In this document: one piece after another, positions 24,470 to 35,595 of the stretch
Layout of the letters: every line of letters starts with the position of its first letter
Numbering within the stretch: position 1 is the first letter of the stretch
Source of the DNA: Dudresnaya verticillata
Taxonomy: Eukaryota
DNA: 64,000 nucleotides
Assembly: GCA_977862235.1 (NCBI GenBank)
Contig: OZ374560.1
Location: forward strand, 2,170,001-2,234,000
Direction: 5' to 3'
Notes under the pieces: generated by a model
The model's database searches: none
Seen by the model: only the letters and a program-made list of their open reading frames with translations
Told to the model about the DNA's origin: nothing
Position numbers and translations under genes: made by a program

Positions 24470-27400
24470 TCAACGAGGCCCTTGCGATCGATCACGAGTA
24501 CGCGTATCGTTGAAGAGCACTTTGTACGGCCCCTCCGCGGGGGATTTCAACTTCGGAAGTTTCGTTTTCCCATCGTGGGTATCGAGGAACACGTAGTCTC
24601 CGGGTTTGACGCGGCTCTTCGTGTGGCGGATGCGCTTATCGAAGTCGCGTTTGTAACGATTCCGAACTCGCTGTAACGAAGTGCGTGCGGAGTCGATTGC
24701 GAAATCGAGTCGCTTAACGAAATCGTTGCGAAGGTCCTCCGTGGGTTTTGGCCGATGCTTTCGGGATCGATGTTTCACGGTGAACTCGGGCGGCGGTCGC
24801 GATAAAACGAGATTGAACGGAGTTGTCTGCATAGACCGATGAACGTGGCAATTGTACGAATACGTTAACGCGGAGACATAGCGGTCCCAATCGTTTTGGT
24901 GGTCGTTCACGTAGTTACGAAGCATCGCGAGGATAGTGCGGTTATAGCGTTCGGTTTGTCCATTAGTTTGCGGATGATACGCGGAAGTGAATACGTTCGA
25001 TAACCCGAGTAAGCGACAGACGCCCTGAAAGAACTTCGAAGTAAACTGTTTCCCGTTATCCGAGAGCACCGAGGCTGGCGGTCCATACTTGAATATCCAA
25101 ACTTCGCAAAAGGCAACGGCCACGTGATACGCGGTTATTACTCGTAGTGTGGCCTCCTGGGTCAACTTCGTAAAGCGGTCCGTAATCACGAGGATGAACT
25201 TGCGTCCGGATTTCGTTCGTGGCAACGGGCCTAAGATGTCAATCGCGACCGATTCGAGTGGGCGCATAGCGGGGAAGAGCTTCAAGCGATGAAGATTCCT
25301 TCGGAGACCGATTCGATTCCTTGCGCAATGTTTGCAATTGCGAACCGAGGATGCGATATCGGCTGCCATGTAAGGCCAGTAATACGTTTCGAGAAGCGAG
25401 TAGAACATACGATTTTGCCCCGGGTGGCCAGCGAGTAACGAATGATGCGCCAGCGTGAGCAAGCGAGGTCGGAGCGTCTCGGGCAATACGATTTGCTTTA
25501 GCTTCGGAATCGTGGGGTGCGTTCGTCGCAGGAGACCGTCTCCATCTTCGCGAAAGAGACTATCCTTCGTTTTCGATTGTCGTGATTGCACCGTTTGGCA
25601 GAACGAATCAATACGTTGTCCTTCGAGGATTTCGGTTACCGTAATAGGCGCAGGTAGGTCCACGGGTTTCATGTCGGTGAGGTCACTCGGTTCTTCGTTG
25701 GGGTCAATTCGATAAAGGTCAAACGGATCATCGTCATCGATATCGTCCCATAAGTCGCAGTCATCGTAGACATCCTTTTGTCCTGCGTACTCATTACGTA
25801 GTTCTGCGTCGTGTTCGTGTTCGCAGCCTTCGTGGTACGTATGATTGTGGGGTTCGGAACCCGTGGTGACCTCAGTGGGTCGTGGCGTATTGCCTGCTCG
25901 ATGTACGCGTTTCGCGGGTGTAGTCTTTCGCGTAGAGTCGTGGCAAATCGCGGTGGGCTTCGATTGATGTTTGCGGGATCGCGTAGTAATGAGAACCGGG
26001 TCTCTTTCGTTTTCGATGGTTTTCGTGATGTCGTTGCGGAAACGTTCTTCGTTCTGCGCTGCGATTTGATCCGAGTCAAACGTAGGAACTTCGTCGTCGA
26101 TTGCGGGTTGTTCGCGATGCGGAAGTAGCAATCGCGAGAGGGCATCGGGAATCTGGTGGACGCGACCGGGGCGATACACGATTTCGAAGTCGAATTCGGC
26201 TAAGCGAAGCCTCCATCGCGTGAGTCGCCCGGACGAATCGGTGAGAGAAAGAAGCCATCGGAGCGCATCGTGGTCCGTACGCACGGTGAACCGGGTCCCT
26301 TCGATATACGGACGCAACGAAGTAACCGCCCATACGACTGCGTAGCATTCGCGCTCGGTTGCGGAGTAGTTCTTCTCAGCATCGTTTAACGAATATGACC
26401 AGTAGCCCACGGGTTGGAATTCTTCGTTATCTTGCTCCTGTAGAAACGCGCATCCGAGTTGATACGCAGACGCGTCCGTATCGATAATATAACGTTTCCC
26501 GAGTTGCGGTAACCGGAGTATCGGCGGTGATACGAGCTTCCGTTTGAGCGTTTCGAATGCGGTAACCTGATCCTCCGTGGGATTCTCGTAGTCGGGATCC
26601 GCGTCCTTTCGCGTCATGTTCGTCAATGGTCGCGCAATTTTCGCGAAGTCTTTCACGAATCTTCGGTATACGTTACACGCGCCAAGGAACGAACGGACTT
26701 GCGTGAGTGTCTTCGGGAACTTCGCGTATCGGAATGCTTCGGAGCTGTTCTCGGCCATGCTCAGCTTCCCCGGGGAAATTACGTGTCCGAGATAGTCGAC
26801 TCGCTTTCGGAAAATGAAGCACTTCTTCAGCTTGAGCGAAACTCCGGAGTTACGAAGTAGCGTGAGAACTTGATCGAGATGCGCGATGTGTTCAAGAAGA
26901 TTCGAGGAGAAAACGATCACGTCATCGAGGTAAACGAGACAGCACTGCCAATGGACTCCGGATAGAATGATGTCGAGTGCGCGTTGAAACGTAGCGGGCG
27001 CGTTTTTCAATCCGAAGGGCATACGAAGATAACGATAAGTTCCGAGAAACGAAGTAAACGTAGTCTTATCGCGGTCTTCCGGGGCAACCGGAATCTGCCA
27101 GTACCTGCTGTTACAATCGAGTGTCGAGAAAATCGAAGCGTCTTCGAGTGAATCGATACAATCTTCCATCCGGGGAAGTGGGTACGCGTCGGATAGCGTC
27201 TTCGTATTGAGTCTTCGGTAATCTACGCAAAAACGAAGTGCTCCGTCTTTCTTCGGTGCGAGGACTACGGGGGACGCCCACTCCGAGGTGGCTGGTTCGA
27301 TTACTCCGGCTTCGAGCATACTGTCGATTTCGATACGCACGATTTCACGTATTGCGGGCCCTTGACGATAGGGCATCGAACGGATAGGTCGAGTACCGGG

Positions 27401-28714
27401 TTGTAGATCGATCCGATGCTCCGTGGCTGCGATCGTTCCGAGGTCTCCGTTCCACATCGATTCGTGCTTACGTAACATCTCGAGGACCTCGTTTCGCATA
27501 GTTTCATCGGGTATGTTCGAAAGGTCTATGCGTTCTTCCCAATCGCGGGAACTCGAATTGGCTTCTGCTGCTGCAGTCGCGGCGCCCTTCGTGAGCGGTT
27601 TTTCCTTCGTGGATACGGATTCTTCGGGTGACTTCGAGTCGTCGTGCTCACGTAGCGTAGAGATGTTGAGCACCTTGGCAAACGAATCCGCGACTTCGCG
27701 ATCGGGTGTCAGAATCGCGAGCGGGTTTCGAGCTGCGTATCCGATGACGGTTCCCTTCGGTAGAGCTCGAGGCTTATCCGTGAAGTTCGCCATCAACACC
27801 GAAAACTCGCGATTCGGACTGACTTCGTGTATCCCGTTCGTTAACCGTACTCCGTGTCGGTGTTGTAACGAAGGCTTCGGTTCGATATGAATTAGTCCGA
27901 GTGCTTCCGAGGTCACGGTGACTAGCTTCTGCGAATAACTTGGTATGGTGACGCGGCGGTTCAAACGAATCGTACGGGTATCTCGGTCCCAATCGTAGAG
28001 CTCACGTTGGTGTCGCTTCGATAGCGTTTTCTCGAATTTCTGCTTCGGATTTTTCGAATTAGTGGCGGGTGCAGCCGATCCAGCAATGCGGTTGATAATC
28101 GGAATCGTGGTTCCACTCTTCGTGATGAACCTCCGTGGGCTGAGCTCGATGCTTCGTAAATGCGCGTCCATCCACGAAGTTCCAAGGAGAACGTCGACTG
28201 CGAGTTTCTCCGCAACCACGAAGGGTACGCGGTATCGAACGTTCCCAAGGCGGGCTGTCAGGTAAACGATACCATCGAGTCGCAACGGGGTGTGATCAGC
28301 GGACGCGAGCCTCGGAGCTGATTCCATCGTGGACGCGTTCGCTTCCCAACCGGTGGGTAACGCAGCCCGGGCTATTAGGTTGTAACCGGAACACATATCG
28401 ACTGCAATCGTATGCGGCGTCATTACGGAGGCATCGAGGCCAATGGATCCGGTCACGAGGAAGATCTCCGAAGTCATTAAGCAAACGTATCCCTCGGTGG
28501 TAACTTCGGGTTCGGTCTTCGAGATCGGTTTCGTCTTCGAATTGTTTTCGCACGAAGCGTCTTTCGCGAGGACTCGACATCGCTTTCGGTCTCGTCGTCG
28601 TGCAGCGCGCTTCCTTCGCATCGTAGCGGCTCTCGGAATCGGAATACGCGGTGTGTCTCGGGGAACGGATTCAGACGAAGTACGTGACACAACGGGCGTC
28701 TTCGCCTTTACTCG
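24470..28714 (-). CDS. pol: Pol polyprotein of element C (PR, RT, RNase H, integrase); ~1400 codons open, frameshifted just before the chromodomain
   Basis: Motifs: AVDMCS (PR-like); LRFCVDYRRLN, MPFGLKNAPATFQ, VYLDD (RT); DTDASA, RTDHDAL (RH); HPG...C-x2-C, AIDIL, SDNGKQF, TNGQTERYN, GPY (IN). Confidence 0.93.
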   Translation of the reverse strand, partial: RVKAKTPVVSRTSSESVPRDTPRIPIPRAATMRRKRAARRRDRKRCRVLAKDASCENNSKTKPISKTEPEVTTEGYVCLMTSEIFLVTGSIGLDASVMTPHTIAVDMCSGYNLIARAALPTGWEANASTMESAPRLASADHTPLRLDGIVYLTARLGNVRYRVPFVVAEKLAVDVLLGTSWMDAHLRSIELSPRRFITKSGTTIPIINRIAGSAAPATNSKNPKQKFEKTLSKRHQRELYDWDRDTRTIRLNRRVTIPSYSQKLVTVTSEALGLIHIEPKPSLQHRHGVRLTNGIHEVSPNREFSVLMANFTDKPRALPKGTVIGYAARNPLAILTPDREVADSFAKVLNISTLREHDDSKSPEESVSTKEKPLTKGAATAAAEANSSSRDWEERIDLSNIPDETMRNEVLEMLRKHESMWNGDLGTIAATEHRIDLQPGTRPIRSMPYRQGPAIREIVRIEIDSMLEAGVIEPATSEWASPVVLAPKKDGALRFCVDYRRLNTKTLSDAYPLPRMEDCIDSLEDASIFSTLDCNSRYWQIPVAPEDRDKTTFTSFLGTYRYLRMPFGLKNAPATFQRALDIILSGVHWQCCLVYLDDVIVFSSNLLEHIAHLDQVLTLLRNSGVSLKLKKCFIFRKRVDYLGHVISPGKLSMAENSSEAFRYAKFPKTLTQVRSFLGACNVYRRFVKDFAKIARPLTNMTRKDADPDYENPTEDQVTAFETLKRKLVSPPILRLPQLGKRYIIDTDASAYQLGCAFLQEQDNEEFQPVGYWSYSLNDAEKNYSATERECYAVVWAVTSLRPYIEGTRFTVRTDHDALRWLLSLTDSSGRLTRWRLRLAEFDFEIVYRPGRVHQIPDALSRLLLPHREQPAIDDEVPTFDSDQIAAQNEERFRNDITKTIENERDPVLITTRSRKHQSKPTAICHDSTRKTTPAKRVHRAGNTPRPTEVTTGSEPHNHTYHEGCEHEHDAELRNEYAGQKDVYDDCDLWDDIDDDDPFDLYRIDPNEEPSDLTDMKPVDLPAPITVTEILEGQRIDSFCQTVQSRQSKTKDSLFREDGDGLLRRTHPTIPKLKQIVLPETLRPRLLTLAHHSLLAGHPGQNRMFYSLLETYYWPYMAADIASSVRNCKHCARNRIGLRRNLHRLKLFPAMRPLESVAIDILGPLPRTKSGRKFILVITDRFTKLTQEATLRVITAYHVAVAFCEVWIFKYGPPASVLSDNGKQFTSKFFQGVCRLLGLSNVFTSAYHPQTNGQTERYNRTILAMLRNYVNDHQNDWDRYVSALTYSYNCHVHRSMQTTPFNLVLSRPPPEFTVKHRSRKHRPKPTEDLRNDFVKRLDFAIDSARTSLQRVRNRYKRDFDKRIRHTKSRVKPGDYVFLDTHDGKTKLPKLKSPAEGPYKVLFNDTRTRDRSQGPR

Positions 28715-31153
28715 TTTTCCGAACTCGAACTAGAATCCGAATTGCGAGCGTCGGCGTCCAATGGTGAGGTTGATCGATCACCTCTTCCGTTGTTCGCGGA
28801 GTCTTCGTAAGCCTCCGAGGGCAGGTTCGGGTGACTCGGCTCAATCGCGTCAACGTTTTCACGGACTGCAAGAACCGGTTGACGGCCCGGGGCCTGCGCG
28901 TGTCTCGGATTGCGGAGGACGGTCGGCGATCCTCGACGCTCGAAGCTGAATTGACGCTGGGCTCGGTACCTCGGGTAGCGCGTATCGCCTTGACGAAGAT
29001 CTCGGTTTACGCGATTGTCACGTGATCCTCGGGAGTCTTGTCCACGATGACCTCGATTGTCAACGGATGCGAACGAATTCCCTCTTGATGCGCCGCGATT
29101 CACGAAGTTATTACGCGTATGCGGTCTCGTCTCGAGTTGGTACAAGTAGTTCTGGTACGCGCAATAGAGTTGTTGCTCCTTCGTGAGATACGGACACGAA
29201 TAGGTGACCGATTTCGCGACAGAACCAACACGGCCACGCATCTTGATTCTTCGGTATCATCGAACGAGCCATCTCGATTTGCTCCGGGGTCATCGGGGGG
29301 ACACGCGCGGGTACGAAACGCTCGATGCGACTCGTGAGATCTAACGTATCGTCCACGGAGACCGTTGTCGAAGTAGTCGGTGTAGCGGATGTGGATCCGG
29401 TTCCTGAACGAATCATCATCACGGCCATTTGCGGGTCTTCGTTCATCGGGTACTCGTATTCACTCCCGGGAGTGTCGCAAGCTTCGATAAGCATCGTGCG
29501 TCCGGGCGCTTGGCGACTCTTCGGGTACGTAGGAGACACTCGGTTCTTCGAATCACGCAACTGTTGGGCCACGGTGTCACGCAGTCCGCAAGCTCGGAAT
29601 GTCGTGCCTTCGGCTTGCGCGATTCGTTGCACGCTCATAAAATTCTTCTGCTCGGACAGCGGTAAACGGCGAACCTGGTCGGCCACGATAGGATACGTAG
29701 TAGGTAGTAATCCACGAATAAACTGGTGCGTTAACGAAGAGTCATCGTGGACACCGGAGCAGACATCCGCGTAGCCTTGAAAACGAGTCGCGAACTCCAT
29801 CTCGGTTTCATCGGACTTCTGCTTCGCGGTTATCACGCGATCGTGTGCGTCTGCGATTACGTCTTCCGTGAGAAATCGCTGTAGTAACACGTTCACGATC
29901 GCGGACCAGCAAACCGGGTTGCCCGTACGAACGCCTCCGAAGGCATAGTTTTGATACACCTTGAGCGCGATCTCATCGAGAAACCACGAAATCGTACGAA
30001 CTGCTGCTCCTTCGGTGAGCCCGACTCCGTTCAGCGCTTGTCGAATATCACGAAGAAATGCGAGAACCTTAATCGGGTCGCGTCCCGTAAACTTCTCGAG
30101 TCTCGGCATCATCGAACGCATGCGTGAAACGGTTTTCGACGTGTTACCTCGGAATACTTCGTGTTGATTATCCCGAGGTGACGAATTCGTGAGTCGATAC
30201 GATCGATAGCTTACGGCCCGCGCGAATTCGGGAATGAGCGTCGGTATCGGTTCGACGCCCGGCTCGAGCGGGCCCCAGTGCCAGAACGATGACACGGGTC
30301 CCGCGAGCGCTAACGGATTTTCGATTACGGGTCCTCCGGGGGACATCGGTGGTTGAAGCGAATCTCGGAATACTGCGGGGTTGATACGGGGGTTGTCGGG
30401 GGCATCGGTTGCCTGGTGCGATAAAGGGTGCGGGGACGGATTCGGATACGTGTTTTTCGGTAACGTAGATTGGGCACCCGGGCCTTGCACGGGTTGAACT
30501 AGCGGCGAATTGTGGGGGTCAGCACGGGCTTCGGAATGATCTTCGCGACTTCGAGACTTCGGTAACGCTGCGGACACGATGTCACGAATAGCGTTCAACT
30601 GTTCCTCGGAGAATGCGTGAGAGATGCGAACGGGAAGCGAGTGACTCGCCTTGCCCACGGGGGCGGATACGTTGCGCTCGAGCACGAGAAACCGATTGCT
30701 GACTCCCGAAACGAGATCCCGGAGACTCTCGAGTGAGTCTTCGATCCTACGGACTTTTCCAGCGCGGAGATTGTTGAACTCTTCGTGAACTCGATTGTGC
30801 GTATTACGAATTGAAAGCTGCGTGATACGGTACGCGGTAGAAAGCGCATCGATGACCTCTTCGTAGAGTAAACGTAGTTCTGAACCGGAGACTTCCTTCA
30901 TCGAGAAGAGTCGATCGACGGTATCCGAGGGAACGATTTCCAACGGAGTGTACGTATACCAAAGGTCGGACTGGCTACCGTGAGCCTGCGAACGCGAGTC
31001 TGTGCGAAGATCGGGTACCGTTATTCGTGAAGCGCGAGTGTGAGAAAACGGTTCTCGGTCACTCGCGTTCGAGTCGAACAACGGGAGCTCCGGAATCGGT
31101 ACGTCATCGGGTTTCGGTACCGGCGAATCGGAACGACTCGGAACGTGAGACAT
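28708..31153 (-). pseudogene. gag: gag of element C with one frameshift inside the zinc knuckle
   Basis: The 680-aa ORF contains SYRSYRL, FTGRDPIKVLAFL and CWFCREIGH. It continues as YSCPYL in the frame of ORF 28708..29241. Confidence 0.88.
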
Positions 31154-31207
31154 CCTGTCTCGGATAGAAACGAATTACGAATAAATGCGAAACTTCAGGA
31201 CCACGTT

Positions 31208-31223
31208 CTAGGTCGGGAGACCA
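31208..31223 (-). promoter_or_regulatory. Primer-binding site of element C (probably tRNA-Tyr)
   Basis: TGGTCTCCCGACCTAG lies 1 nt after the 5' LTR. It implies a tRNA ending TCGGGAG-A-CCA, i.e. G72 and A73, consistent with eukaryotic tRNA-Tyr identity elements. Confidence 0.8.
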
Positions 31224-32069
31224 GTGTGGTATAACGAAGTCCACGGAGACGCGGGGAAGTCTCGCACTGTAAAGGATGGCCTCGGAGCCTAACGAATAGC
31301 CTCGTAGCCTAACGGAGAAACGAAAAGGGTGGTAGCGTGGTAGAGCGGAGCGACCAACACGAAGGACCACGGTGTCAGCGTATTCGTGTGCGGAAGGGAG
31401 AACTCGAGCGATCGATCACCGGGGATGAATCCGGGTGCGCGGGGCTATCGAAAGCGAGGCTAGACCGTATCCGCGGTCACGAAGACGAAGACACCGAACT
31501 CGAAGAGAGAAGCGTTTACCGAAGGCTCCGAGGTCCGGGCGCTAGTTGCTTATCGGGAACCCTCGGAGGTTGTGCCAGACGACTGGCTAGTAAGTAGTAC
31601 TACGTGAGCACGAATGCGCGTCAACGCGGGAGACGGTTCGTACTCGAATGATTCGTAACGGCCTCGGTGCCAACGAACGGTCGCCTCACGTATGGGGGCG
31701 GTTGCGAAGTGCGCCAGCGATACATACGGAGGTGCGCGTGTCTCGTGGGCCCCGGTGCCGTTACGCGCAGGGAACAACGTGAAAGTCACGAAGGTGTCAG
31801 CGATTTCGTATCAGGTTCGCGCTGTAATGCGAATGCCATCGTGGCGCGCGCGATCACGAAGTCGGATCGGGATTCATCCGGAGGTGTCAGCGATTTCGTA
31901 TCACGTGCGTGCTGTAATGCGTATGCCATCGTGGCGCGCGCGCGGTATGCGCTCTGTAATACGTGTGCCATCGTGGCGTGCGCATTCACGAAGTCACTTT
32001 GAAATTCGTATTTCTCGGTTATTTTCACGTAGATCACGGAGTCATTTCACGAATAGCGTCTATACCACA

Positions 32070-32506
32070 TCTTTTTCGTTGCGTTTTGTTTCCGCTCCAT
32101 GAACCGATATAACGTAACCGTCTTGTCTACGCACGCCTTTCTCAACGTTTGTTCGTGACGCCACTGGTTCTTCGTTACTACTCTGACCCTGCAAAACTTG
32201 CAGTTTGCTTAACAAAGCTTCTACTTGGCCTTTCACTTCATTTATCTCAGCAATCCGCGCTTGCTCTGCCTGTTCGTTGCCTTTGGATACTTCTTGGGGT
32301 CCATCCTGACTATTTATAATGGCTTTCATAACAGCGTTATGGTTTTCCGCTATACTGTTTTGGACTTGATCCACGGAGCCTCTCAGAGTCTCCACTGTAG
32401 CCTGAAGTTCGGTTACGGTCTCGGCTGTCTTTTCTAACTCGACAGTAAGCTCCTCTACACTTCCTTCTAAAGCAGAAACCCTCTCGGTCTTGGTGCGTGC
32501 TGACAT
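32070..32506 (-). pseudogene. gag of element B, N-terminal coiled-coil part
   Basis: The ATG lies ~220 nt inside the 5' LTR of B. The heptad-rich MSARTKTERVSALEGSVEELTVEL... ORF is cut exactly at the LTR of C. Confidence 0.85.
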
Positions 32507-33752
32507 CTTTAGACTTGAAAATATTCTAGCCCTTACTTTAACAGCCCCTTTCTCTGCTCCACTGCGACGAACCTCCTGTTCTGCCCAGTGCTTGACTCAG
32601 TCCCTCTCTTGGACCAAGGTTTCAAACGCGAACCGCAGTTCGCGAACCGCAGCTCACGTATCCTTCACCTGCCGTTCGTACAGCAGATGCTTGAAAAACT
32701 CACAAACACAGTAAGTTTAAACTTATTGTTATTACCGGATTATTTCGTGTGTGTTCTTCCTTTTAATCAACTCGTTTTCCTGTGGTATTTATGCTACTGT
32801 ATCTCTACAATCTTTAAGGGTTTGTTTTCTCTCGTGCACGGAGTGTATCCGAGATATTCTTGACTCCGGGAGTATTTCCGGGAGCAGCCATAGCACTGCT
32901 TGTCATCGGCTGACCACGACAGCGTACCACTTGTCGTTCTTCATGGTCACTAGTCCATCTCCAATAAACAGCATCCATATAACAAATATGTCGGCACTAC
33001 TGCATTTGCTCTGCTCTCTGAACCCGCTGTCTAACATGTTGCACAGCTTGTGCCTTTTAGGCCAAATTGAAGGAGCTACCACCACATCAGCATCTACTGA
33101 CGCTAAGGTAAATTCCTGGTTTCGGACGCGCCTTGAGACAGCGCCTGAGGATCTCACGGAACGTGTACCCTGAACAGAACCCTGTTTCCCACGTCACATC
33201 GACACCATATGGGGATATCCCGCCTTCGCTGCTGGCTGTCCTGCTCATCTTCTATCTCGCGCTATCGGGCGTGTTGTTCCCGGGGCGCCTTTTTCCACGC
33301 CGTCCACGATGCGTTGCTAACCTAAAGTCTTCCTGGTCGGCTTTCTGTGTACTGTCACCAAGTTTAAGCTAACGGCTTCGCGGTCGGCTTTCTGTGCGCC
33401 GCCGCTCTGGCCCATCTGCTTCCTTTATGCACGTTAAGAAATTTAATGATCCCGGTCGTCGGCAACCTGTTGTTGCTGCCTTTGTTCTGATGGGGTTCGT
33501 TCGTCTATTTCTGCATAATAGGGTACCGATGGTCTCAAACGGATGCCATTAATCATTCTCTCTATTTTCTGGCAATGAGGGGCAAATGCCATTAATCTGT
33601 AGATCTCTACTGAAGGTAGGACGTTAAAGAGCAAAACACCAAGCAAAGTCACAATGAAGCGGCAATATCTTAGTGATTTCCTTCTGCTTGGTACACCCTG
33701 GAGGTCGTGGGATCAAGTCCAACAGGAGCGTGCTCGTGCGAAGCTGGAGAGT

Positions 33753-34850
33753 GATGATAACGTTTACTCAACAAAGTTTAGAGTGCATTTGCCTCGGCGT
33801 CAACGGCCTATTGGCAAACAAACTACGTATCTAGAGCTGGTTCTATCGATCTGTGGTGGGGTCGTCTGAGGATGTAGTATGTTAGCGGCCAGTGCGACAG
33901 ATTTGTTCAATTGCTCGGCTTGCACGGGCGAGGGAGGTGGGAGTTGGGTTTGGCTGAGACAGCAGGTTTAATAGGGGTCGTAGGCGGCTGACGCGGTGGT
34001 TGGTTTTCGGGTTGGGGGGAGGGATCGGGAATGTCCCTAAGTGCCATCGTATGGAGAGAATTCGATGTGAAGTTTGCTTTATTGGTGTTTTGTTTAGAGT
34101 GGTCCTTTGCAGGCGACTATGGCCCATTTGCAGGCACACTTTTGGGCTGTGGTCTACTGGGAAGATTGCGAGTGCTCTTGCGGGAGGTGAAGAGGAAATT
34201 CTTCTTCGCAGGCCGCTAGATGGCTTCCGTTATTTCTTGGAGATCTTGAGGGGAGGATTCCAGTAGCGCGAGCTTGTGTAGAGTAGCAGGGGATTGGCGG
34301 AGGGCAGCTCGCTTGGATGGGCATTTGTGGGTATCGGGAACGTGCCGAGGTGCCACTGAACCAGTTTACGATCTTGATGGTCCGACAAGAGTAGTGTGGG
34401 TGGGAAGCGGTGGGATGGGTAGACTGGCGCGGCTCTCCTGCCGCTGAGTGCATCGCTCCACGCACAGTGCAGCTCGGACAGGTGTGCCTCGCCCTGGGAT
34501 GGGGGCTGAGGACTCTGGGCCGCGCTATGGAGCGAAACGCTCGTGAACTTTGTGAGGGCCTGTAGCGTATGGCCTACGTGCCACGATGCGGTTGTGTCTT
34601 TTGATCGTTCGGGCCTTCGGAGGCTTTGGATGAGCTGATGTTGTAGGTGTGTATGGCGGACCTTCGGGGGCTCCATGCGGTAGAGGGCGCGTAGTTTCCG
34701 CAGCTGGGGTGCAGACACGCCTTGCGATTTCTGCCCTAAGCAGATACGGAAGAACTGGGTGCGGTGCATTGCAATTGCAGGGCCAGCGCAAAGCGTGTTG
34801 AAGTGTGGACAGGGACCGGCCATGTTCCAGCAATGATCATTGCACTGCAG
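33753..34850 (-). mobile_element. LINE-like 3' fragment (same family as 46976-49515), interrupted by a second LINE fragment
   Basis: 33753-34069 and ~34760-34850 align colinearly with 46976-47360. It carries the IRWHLGTFP motif and a short ATC tail. Confidence 0.85.
34070..34750 (-). mobile_element. LINE-like 3' fragment nested in the previous element
   Basis: Motifs QLRKLRALYRM and LVQWHLGTFP are present, together with the 3' motif GGGCCATAGTCGCCTGCAAAGGACCACTCTAAAC. Confidence 0.8.
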
Positions 34851-35595
34851 CGAAGGAACAGCTGCAAGCAGAAAACAACAAAAAATTCTTATTTTCTCGA
34901 AATACATTTTTTCTCGAAATACATTTTTTGTTAGTTCGACTTTCGCGCCTTTCGCGCCATGACCGTCGACGAGCGCCGAGCAATAACTTCGGCATTCCTT
35001 GGAACAAGGTTGGCGGGAGGGCAATGACGGGCCGCTGAAAGGCACTCACTCTCAGAGCAAACAACTGCGGTGTTCAGTACTTGAAGATCGACGCCATTGC
35101 CTCAACCGACGCCCGCTCTCCTGCTCACTGCTTGGCTACCAACTTGTGTCGAAGACCAGAGAAGCCTACAAGCCCGCTCAGTACCGCCTCACCTTCGAAG
35201 GCGGGAAGGGGTCACTGCGCTGATTTCTCAAGTACGCTTGAGGTGTGCTGTTGCGTTTCGGAAGATCACTTTATCGCTGGAACACGGAACTGCTGACTTT
35301 TGTCGTGACCCTTTGATTGCACTCAACGACCAAACACAGTTCTAATTGAAAAACGTCCCTGTGTTGGGTTCTCTCGAAGCCGACCTGCTGCAGTGGCCAT
35401 ACCGTCCGAGTGCACTGTTGAAGGCCAAGGGTGCTTGACGCGCGATTGACAATTTGTCACTGGGAGGCTGTTGTGTATTCGTAGGGTTCTTGTGTGCAAC
35501 TGAAAGCGAAGATTGGTGTTCAGCGTTCAGTTCTGGCTCCGAGACTGACGATAATCGTTGAAGTCCTTGGCAACCTGGTATTTAACCATACTGAA

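Larger units (their letters stand above)
21513..32069 (-). mobile_element. Gypsy chromovirus element C nested in the gag of B; 5' LTR 31225-32069 complete, 3' LTR truncated (21513-21951)
   Basis: LTR termini are TGTGGTATA...TATACCACA. 21513-21951 matches 31631-32069. PBS, gag, pol, chromodomain and PPT are all present. Confidence 0.95.
16380..33036 (-). mobile_element. Gypsy element B, full length, 310-bp LTRs (16380-16689, 32727-33036), 4-bp TSD TGTT
   Basis: The paired LTRs differ at about 10 positions by eye. TGTT occurs at 16376-16379 and 33037-33040. gag and pol lie between the LTRs, and the element hosts element C and a solo LTR. Confidence 0.92.
15270..33170 (+). pseudogene. Old gag-like host sequence split into three pieces (15270-15482, 16246-16379, 33041-33170) by later insertions
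   Basis: Removing the inserts and one TSD copy each gives a continuous frame: LAVPVLKVVT*PDMIKFEIE*TAYKEKVADLNRSRDASRKITPYSITQCMDPVLLHSLCLLGQIEGA...WFRTRLETAPEDLTERV. The gag identity is inferred from recalled resemblance to Gypsy gags. Confidence 0.6.

Noticed and set aside
34891..34929. Doubled TTCTCGAAATACATTTT as a heat-shock element
   Set aside because: Each copy has only two nGAAn units and they are not contiguous. More likely a small tandem duplication.
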